This document shows, piece by piece, positions 61,001 to 64,000 of a stretch of 64,000 nucleotides of DNA (position 1 is its first letter; each line of letters starts with the position of its first letter). A program made the position numbers and the translations under genes. The DNA comes from Ginglymostoma cirratum (lineage: Eukaryota): contig JAHRHZ010000067.1 of the NCBI GenBank assembly GCA_024137785.1, positions 6,294,422 to 6,358,421 on the forward strand, in the 5' to 3' direction. Below the pieces are notes generated by a model, which did no database searches, had not been told where the DNA came from, and was given only the letters and a program-made list of their open reading frames with translations.

Positions 61001-62228
61001 GCATTAAACCAGAACTACACATCGTTCTTTGTGAAGTAATCTAACTAGTTTGAACTGAACCATGCCATTACACAAGATTGTTACATTTACCACTTCCTAT
61101 TTGCAACAGAGTTCTCCAAAAGGAAGGTCAAACCATAGAAGCCTCAAACTGGAACTTATTTTAAGAGCTGTGCATTCAAAGATCACAGAATTACAACTTA
61201 CTTTGCTACAAAATGTTGGGCAATATCAAAATTTGCATTTTACTTTAAAAAACACAGGCAACATGCTAAAATGTATATCACTGACACTAAGTCCGTACTG
61301 CCTTTCATATCAAAATGCATATCCTGCCCTTGCTGCATCACAAAAAAAAGGACTATCCTTAAAAGATAGAGTTTCCTTCCTCGTGATGAATTAAGCACAG
61401 ATCAGGGATGGAAACTAGGGTAGCCTGTTTCGTTTGGCTTAACTACTTGTTGACCAATCCACTAACCATTTTGGGGAGCACAATATATTTTGAAAGTTAA
61501 TTACTGCTTGGCCATTCTAGTTAATTATAATCCGTCAGCAATGATTTAGGGAGGCTCTCAAAGTTTCATTGCTGGCACTGACCTATTCTCCAATATCACA
61601 AATAACATATTACCCAGAAGAGAAAACTGAACCAAGAAAATAATAGAAGCAGGCTTACTTTTCATCAATTTGTCTGATAGGCCTTTCAATCCTGTTTGAA
61701 GGCCATGTCCTTTCGATGCAGGTTTTTGGGATTCTTGACTTGCTGGGCCTGTTTGAATGGTTATTGCTCTTGATGCCCCAACATGCAATGGATTCAAATC
61801 ACTGCCACCCTGATTTAATGAGTGATTTGGAGAGGTTTTATTTTGTCCAATGCAGCCCAGGCTTGTGGGCTCTGAAACATTAAGTTTAGCACCACTAGAA
61901 ACTGGATTACCCTTTGCCTCCAGCTCAGGAGACACGGAGGAGTCAAGCGATACCGGTACATCAACATCACACCGTCTATTTGCAGGGGATGCAGGTTCTG
62001 CTAAAGAGCTATGCTTTACTGTGTTCAGGCTGTGGGCTCTGATGCGAGACCAGCTTGTGGAGCGGAAACTTTCTGCTTCCAACCAGAATTTAACCAAATG
62101 TTCAACTCCTTGCATCTCCATGAACTGGATGATATACGGGAGAGCAGTGCTATCCTGCAGGACTTGTTCAAGAGTCTTTGAGAGTCTGGAGTTAGTCTCT
62201 TCAGCTTTATAATTCAGGCAAGAATGAC
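31061..62228 (-). CDS. AKAP10: A-kinase anchoring protein 10 (D-AKAP2), last 12 coding exons; 5' exons lie beyond the window end
   Basis: RGS motifs LVKFWLEAESF and ILQFWLAADNF, PKA helix EEMAWRIAKMIVNDVVQQ, C-terminal STKL; all junctions GT-AG and in phase. Confidence 0.97.
31565..32392 (+). mobile_element. CR1 LINE 3' fragment
   Basis: LYRALVRPLLEHCVQFWSP...RLRGDLIEVYKIMRG; TFKRHLD. Confidence 0.9.
33900..34256 (+). mobile_element. HE1-type V-SINE
   Basis: ctcagtggttaacattactgcctcacag...gactgtctgtgtggagtttgcacattctcc. Confidence 0.85.
35215..36810 (+). mobile_element. Old fragmented CR1 LINE interrupted by a palindromic insert
   Basis: AEIVYALVVIFHNFLESGIIPVD (CR1 RT start); 3' tail near 36700-36800. 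Confidence 0.65.
35747..35986. mobile_element. Palindromic Penelope-derived insert with two opposed hammerhead-like motifs and a 12-bp TSD
   Basis: Arms 35796-35881 / 35891-35975; catttttaaatt at 35747-35758 and 35975-35986. Confidence 0.8.
37222..38090 (-). mobile_element. CR1 LINE 3' fragment
   Basis: LQRDLDQMGKWAEDWQMQFNTDKCEVLHFG; VQFWSPCYRKDIIKLE. Confidence 0.9.
38314..38409 (-). CDS. AKAP10: AKAP10 penultimate exon (PKA-R binding helix)
   Basis: AQEEMAWRIAKMIVNDVVQQAQSEPLVAKSTK. Confidence 0.95.
38490..38577 (-). mobile_element. Truncated Penelope-derived insert lacking the hammerhead core
   Basis: Same family as 16040; ctagtttca duplicated at 38490-38498 and 38569-38577. Confidence 0.65.
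39165..39460 (+). mobile_element. Degraded Deu-domain SINE
   Basis: ctgagtcagaagc head; aaagatccc; aacatcataaaaacagatt. Confidence 0.5.
41593..41645 (-). CDS. AKAP10: AKAP10 exon
   Basis: GSMFSQAMKKWVQGSTDE. Confidence 0.93.
42329..42411 (-). CDS. AKAP10: AKAP10 exon
   Basis: RMTFGKINELGQFIRESEPEPDVKKSK. Confidence 0.95.
43400..43509 (-). CDS. AKAP10: AKAP10 exon
   Basis: HGTRKATVKILKNFDEAIVVDAASLEPESLYHRTFAG. Confidence 0.95.
43615..44760 (-). mobile_element. Old CR1 fragment split by an HE1 SINE (about 44095-44420)
   Basis: SINE ggaatcgaacccaggaccctggtgctgtcaggcagcagtgctaa; flanking CR1 gtggtgcccagaatt and aaattcat. Confidence 0.7.
45542..45718 (-). CDS. AKAP10: AKAP10 exon
   Basis: VYLPGFLSSNLYYKYLNDLIHSVR...SDGSAAQ. 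Confidence 0.93.
46607..46751 (-). CDS. AKAP10: AKAP10 exon (RGS2)
   Basis: YFSLQATHPLGFDDTVRLEIESNICREGGPLPDCFTTPLRQAWTTMEK. Confidence 0.95.
47306..47442 (-). CDS. AKAP10: AKAP10 exon (RGS2)
   Basis: YMEKEEAVNILQFWLAADNFQAQLAAKSGQYDGQEAQNDAMILYD. Confidence 0.95.
47755..48085 (-). mobile_element. CR1 3' tail
   Basis: aggccatttggcccatcaagtctgctctgccattcaatgagatcatggctgatctg. Confidence 0.7.
49800..50570 (+). mobile_element. L2 LINE 3' fragment
   Basis: VRNLGFTF...HISTVTKTAYFHLCN, an L2 RT C-terminal motif. Confidence 0.7.
50928..51051 (-). CDS. AKAP10: AKAP10 exon
   Basis: HFTEFLRSHHFCKYQIEVLTSGVVYLADILFNESALFYFSE. Confidence 0.95.
55405..55570 (+). mobile_element. Deu-domain SINE fragment
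   Basis: cagtactgagggagtgctgcac...aaacgctaaaccaagg...aaaagatccc. Confidence 0.6.
56600..56684 (-). CDS. AKAP10: AKAP10 exon
   Basis: KICGEDGQADPNCFVSAQAVVYVMMEK. Confidence 0.95.
57320..57675 (-). mobile_element. CR1 3' fragment
   Basis: tggcccatatccctccaaacctttcccattcatgtatctatccaaatgtcttttaaac. Confidence 0.75.
58312..58410 (-). CDS. AKAP10: AKAP10 exon
   Basis: IERDAVNIFTKYISPDASRPIPIIEAMRNDIV. Confidence 0.95.
60033..60677 (+). mobile_element. Possible solo LTR
   Basis: TG...CA ends, internal AATAAA near 60534; TSD not convincing. Confidence 0.3.
61659..62228 (-). CDS. AKAP10: AKAP10 exon (equivalent to human exon 4; RGS1)
   Basis: GHSCLNYKAEETNSRLSKTLEQVLQD...KFWLEAESF...LSDKLMK. 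Confidence 0.95.
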
Positions 62229-63674
62229 CTATTTAAAAACAAAAACATGAAGAGAGAGTAGCATGGACTCTTTATTTAGTAAGAAGGTATATCTGAACTG
62301 AAAGATTCTGTAGCAAACCAGGATAGACCACAGGAGGCAAGAATATTTCTTCAGTACCATATGTTGGTTACAATCCAATGAACATTCAATATTGTACCAT
62401 AGCCCCCTCCCTGTTAAAAAATAACAATCCTGTGTAACTGTGAAATGATTCCCATCAATTATTGGTGGGTACAGTACAGCCACCATTATCCAGGATTCAA
62501 AAAACATTTCTTAAAGTATAAGGCCTACTTTTGCCTGTGAAATGGAGCATTTGTAGGAAGCTCCTCTTACCTTTGCGATAATGCATGATGAACTGGTAAA
62601 ATGAGATATGTTGCACACCAGTCACACTGCAGATTACCAAACCCAACCCTTGGGAAAATGCCAAAGTGGAGGTGGCACACTGCCAAATGCAACAAATGTG
62701 ACAAATTCATGTTGCCATTTTTTTTAAATATAGGTCCAGACCACAGCTTGCATCCAGTAATTCTTCAATGTCTGACCTTCTAAGGATCTCTCTGCATACT
62801 TCACTGCAGACAGCTGGATACTTTCATCTCTCATTGTAAAAGGTACACATACAACAGTTATACAAACAGCTGGTTGCAATGAAGCATGAAGTGAGTTTTT
62901 CAAAAATTAAGAGAATATAACACAAACGGGGAGAAAGAATACAAAGTTAAATCTCGATCTACTGTACACTGCCAAGGTATTGCCATATTAAATTATACCT
63001 TCATACGTTCTTGTCTAACATTATGAAGTAGCAATTCTTTGGCTTATCATGAATTTCCTTCCAAATAAATATGCAAAACTTGAAATGCCACGAATTTACA
63101 ATTGTTTCATCTCCTCACGCAGTCAGACATACACAACAAAAATATCTAAAATTACTCTTGAATTCCCAAGGGCAATAAAAATAAAGATAGCTCAGGATAT
63201 AAACTTAACATCACAATATCCACCATTCAGGGTGGCCTCTCGTTGTCATTTCCATGATTCCCATAAAGTTGGACCTACCACCATCTGTTGTATCATTCAA
63301 AATATATAGAAGATGGTCATAAAAATATTTGATATCATGCTTTCCGGACAATATTAAAATTTAGCCATCAAGAAATCCATATTTTGAATTTTGTCGATAG
63401 TTAGCTTCTTTAGAAGTAACTCATTAGCTGCTTTGGATTGGGCTTCATTCACTTTCTAAGCTTAGCCTGCTATGGGGTATAACCAATGAAAAAGAAAAAA
63501 TTGCTACACAAAAACTATTTATTGGTTGTCTCCTCTTCTGCTCCACTATCCATAACATACTGCTCATCACCAGAACACCCCTACCATATGTACTGTTGCA
63601 CATTAGGCTTCTGGATTTACAGCCATAAATGGCATGTTCTCAATATTTAATCTAGAATTAATATTTCTCACTTA

Positions 63675-63995
63675 GAATCTCAGATCCCTACAGTGTGGAA
63701 GCAGGCTATTCTGCCCATCACGTCCACACCAGTCCTCCAAAGAGCATCCCATCCAGACCCACACCACTAACCCTACCCAATGTATTTCAAGTAGCTCAGA
63801 GAAGACTTACGAGATTAATACCTGGAATAGGCAGATTATCTAAAGAGGACAGGCTAGGCTTGCATTCACTGGAGTTCAGAAGTGTAAGAGGTGACCTGAT
63901 TGAAAGATAAGATCCTCAGGGGGCTTATGGATATGGAGAGAACGTTTACTCTTGTGGGAGAATCTGGAACTAAGATTCCATAGAAATATGGAATC
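63675..63995. mobile_element. SINE tail (minus) adjacent to a CR1 fragment (plus)
   Basis: VAQRRLTRLIPG...LHSLEFRSVRGDLIE. Confidence 0.65.
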
Positions 63996-64000
63996 ATACA

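Noticed and set aside
61850-62212. 120-aa plus-strand ORF
   Set aside because: Antisense shadow of the large AKAP10 exon

Overview
Vertebrate genomic DNA, very probably a shark or other elasmobranch (inferred from HE1-type V-SINEs, Deu-domain SINEs and abundant CR1 LINEs). Two spliced genes lie on the minus strand. (1) A complete 13-exon ZPB-subfamily (ZP1/ZP4-like) egg-coat gene at 3945-12517, about 768 aa as assembled. It encodes a signal peptide, ZP-N1, a Thr-rich mucin-like exon with 15 TKEPV repeats reminiscent of lubricin, a trefoil domain, a 10-Cys ZP module, a furin site and a short hydrophobic tail, and has one GC-AG intron. (2) The last 12 coding exons of AKAP10 (D-AKAP2) at 31061-62228, encoding two RGS domains, the PKA-binding helix and a C-terminal STKL PDZ motif. 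All exon boundaries were read by hand and are phase-consistent. The non-coding DNA is dense with CR1, L2 and Rex LINE fragments and SINEs. It also holds several families of short Penelope-derived inserts, often palindromic and often flanked by target-site duplications, that carry minimal hammerhead-ribozyme motifs; two have an intact catalytic core. One CR1 copy has a twin-priming-like 5' inversion. Repeat boundaries are approximate and repeat family names come from motif recognition, not database search.
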